The notes under the pieces were generated by a model. That model was not told the origin of the DNA, made no database searches, and was given only the letters and a program-made list of their open reading frames with translations. A stretch of 63,976 bases of DNA, counting the filler, from Raillietiella orientalis (Eukaryota), in NCBI GenBank assembly GCA_036172245.1. It is 17 parts of 17 records of this genome, joined end to end, with 100 filler letters (N's around TTAATTAATTAA, not from the genome) between each part and the next. Parts side by side here need not be neighbours in the genome. Positions count along the whole stretch, not along the records: positions 62,744 to 63,976 come from JAYWIR010000435.1; 16 more parts are not named here. The stretch is one strand, 5' to 3'. The translations under genes were made by a program, and so were the position numbers. Below, one piece after another: positions 62,744 through 63,976 of the stretch; the stretch's first letter is position 1, and the number at the start of each line of letters is the position of its first letter.

Positions 62744-63976
62744 TCGGTGTCCAATGGCCACGACGCCAGAGGACACCGCGATGGAGGTGGGAGTGGGGGA
62801 GGCTAGTTCGCCCCCACAGCCTACTGGAGCAGGGGTAGCCGACCCGGATTCATCCCCGGCCACGCCGAGGACATGGAGCGCCTTGGTGGCCGCGCCCAGC
62901 GCGGATGCCATGGCGGAGATGGCCGCACACAAGGCCTCCGGGTACAAACCATCGCTTGTGTACCAGGTAGGCAACTTGTTCGACGGCCGGACAGCGCGAG
63001 CCTTCAGCAAAGCGTTGAAGGACGCAAATGTTACAGAGAAGGATCTGGACGGCCTCTCCGTCCTCAGCGGCGGGCAGCGGGTCGAGGTGGTCTGCAAAGA
63101 TGTCACCTTGGCTCACTGTCTAATCCAAGCGCCGCTGAACGTAGACGGCCGCAGGATCCTGCCAGTATCAATGGACCGCTCCGTGGTGGTCCACATGACT
63201 GGCATCACCAGCCAAATGACGCGGTCAGCGGTTGGTGAGGAATTACGGAAGTACGGTGAGGTGCACGCACTGTGGCCGAAACCCTCCATTTTCGACGGCT
63301 TCGATAGCCTTTTTGGTGGGCAGGCTGCAGCGTGGGTCACCGTAAGGGAGAATTGTGGGCTTCCCCACAAAACTACAGGTGGCGCAAGAAAACGTGGACC
63401 TGTGGTATGTAGGGAAGCTTCGGTATTGCTGGCATTGTGAAACCGTGGGACACCTACGTAAAAGGTGTCCCAATATACAATGCCATTTGTGCGGGGAGCG
63501 AAGCCACGTTCAGCGCGTGTGCCCCAAACGCCCCACCCCGGTTCCACCTGCCGCGAAAAAAGCGCAGGGGAAACGTGCTTCAAAGGTCTCCAGACCTTAA
63601 GAAGAAAAGGGCCAGCACAAGCTACCAACACCTCAACCTTCGGAGCGCAAGCCGGAGGATATACCTTCTGAAACGGTGGAAGGCGAAGAGGGATGGCAGC
63701 TTGTAGAAACCAGAAAGCCGAGGAAACTCCCACCCGCGGAGAGCAAAGAGCGCAAGACGGCCGGAAGCCGAAAAAACCCGGTCCGCGTTCGGAAACTTTG
63801 CGCGAGTGCATGGTGGCACTGGAACGAATCGTCGTTCCCGAGATTGCCACCCGGAGCGTCGATCCTCCCCTTGCCGTTTCCGGTGCGCCGGAGGCTCGCG
63901 ACGGCGAACCCTCTGTTTACACAGAGGGTGAGCCGCGCGATATAGCGGCGGTCGAAGCCGCGGACGCCGCGTTCGC
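62744..63976 (+). mobile_element. Family B-type ORF1 (frameshifted), truncated by the window end
   Basis: MATTPEDTAMEVG...; CWHCETVGHLRKRC and CHLCGERSHVQRVC. Confidence 0.9.

Overview
Eukaryotic (animal, probably arthropod-type by 18S) repetitive DNA. The window is 17 unplaced contigs of about 3.5-4.2 kb, ordered by decreasing size and joined by artificial N44-TTAATTAATTAA-N44 linkers, so adjacency across gaps means nothing. It contains two related ~277-278 bp satellite arrays with higher-order repeats, one rDNA fragment (ETS-18S-long GC-rich ITS1) and two degraded tandem CRESS-DNA-virus Rep genes next to a ~220 bp inverted repeat. Most of the window is decayed Tx1/L1-clade non-LTR retrotransposons (CCHC ORF1; APE endonuclease-RT-zinc-finger ORF2) of about seven families, labelled A-G here. 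The main observation is that families A-F are nested inside one another, antisense to the host element, at fixed family-specific positions in each other's coding sequence. A lands on the RT KAFD codons (4 junctions), B on the PxGFG linker codons (4 junctions) and C on an ORF1 ECSVVV motif (2 junctions); three more sites are seen once each. Inferred target-site duplications are 11-12 bp. The families share a 5' motif and end in AATAAA plus a hairpin instead of poly(A). This looks like a network of retrotransposons that site-specifically target and disrupt one another.
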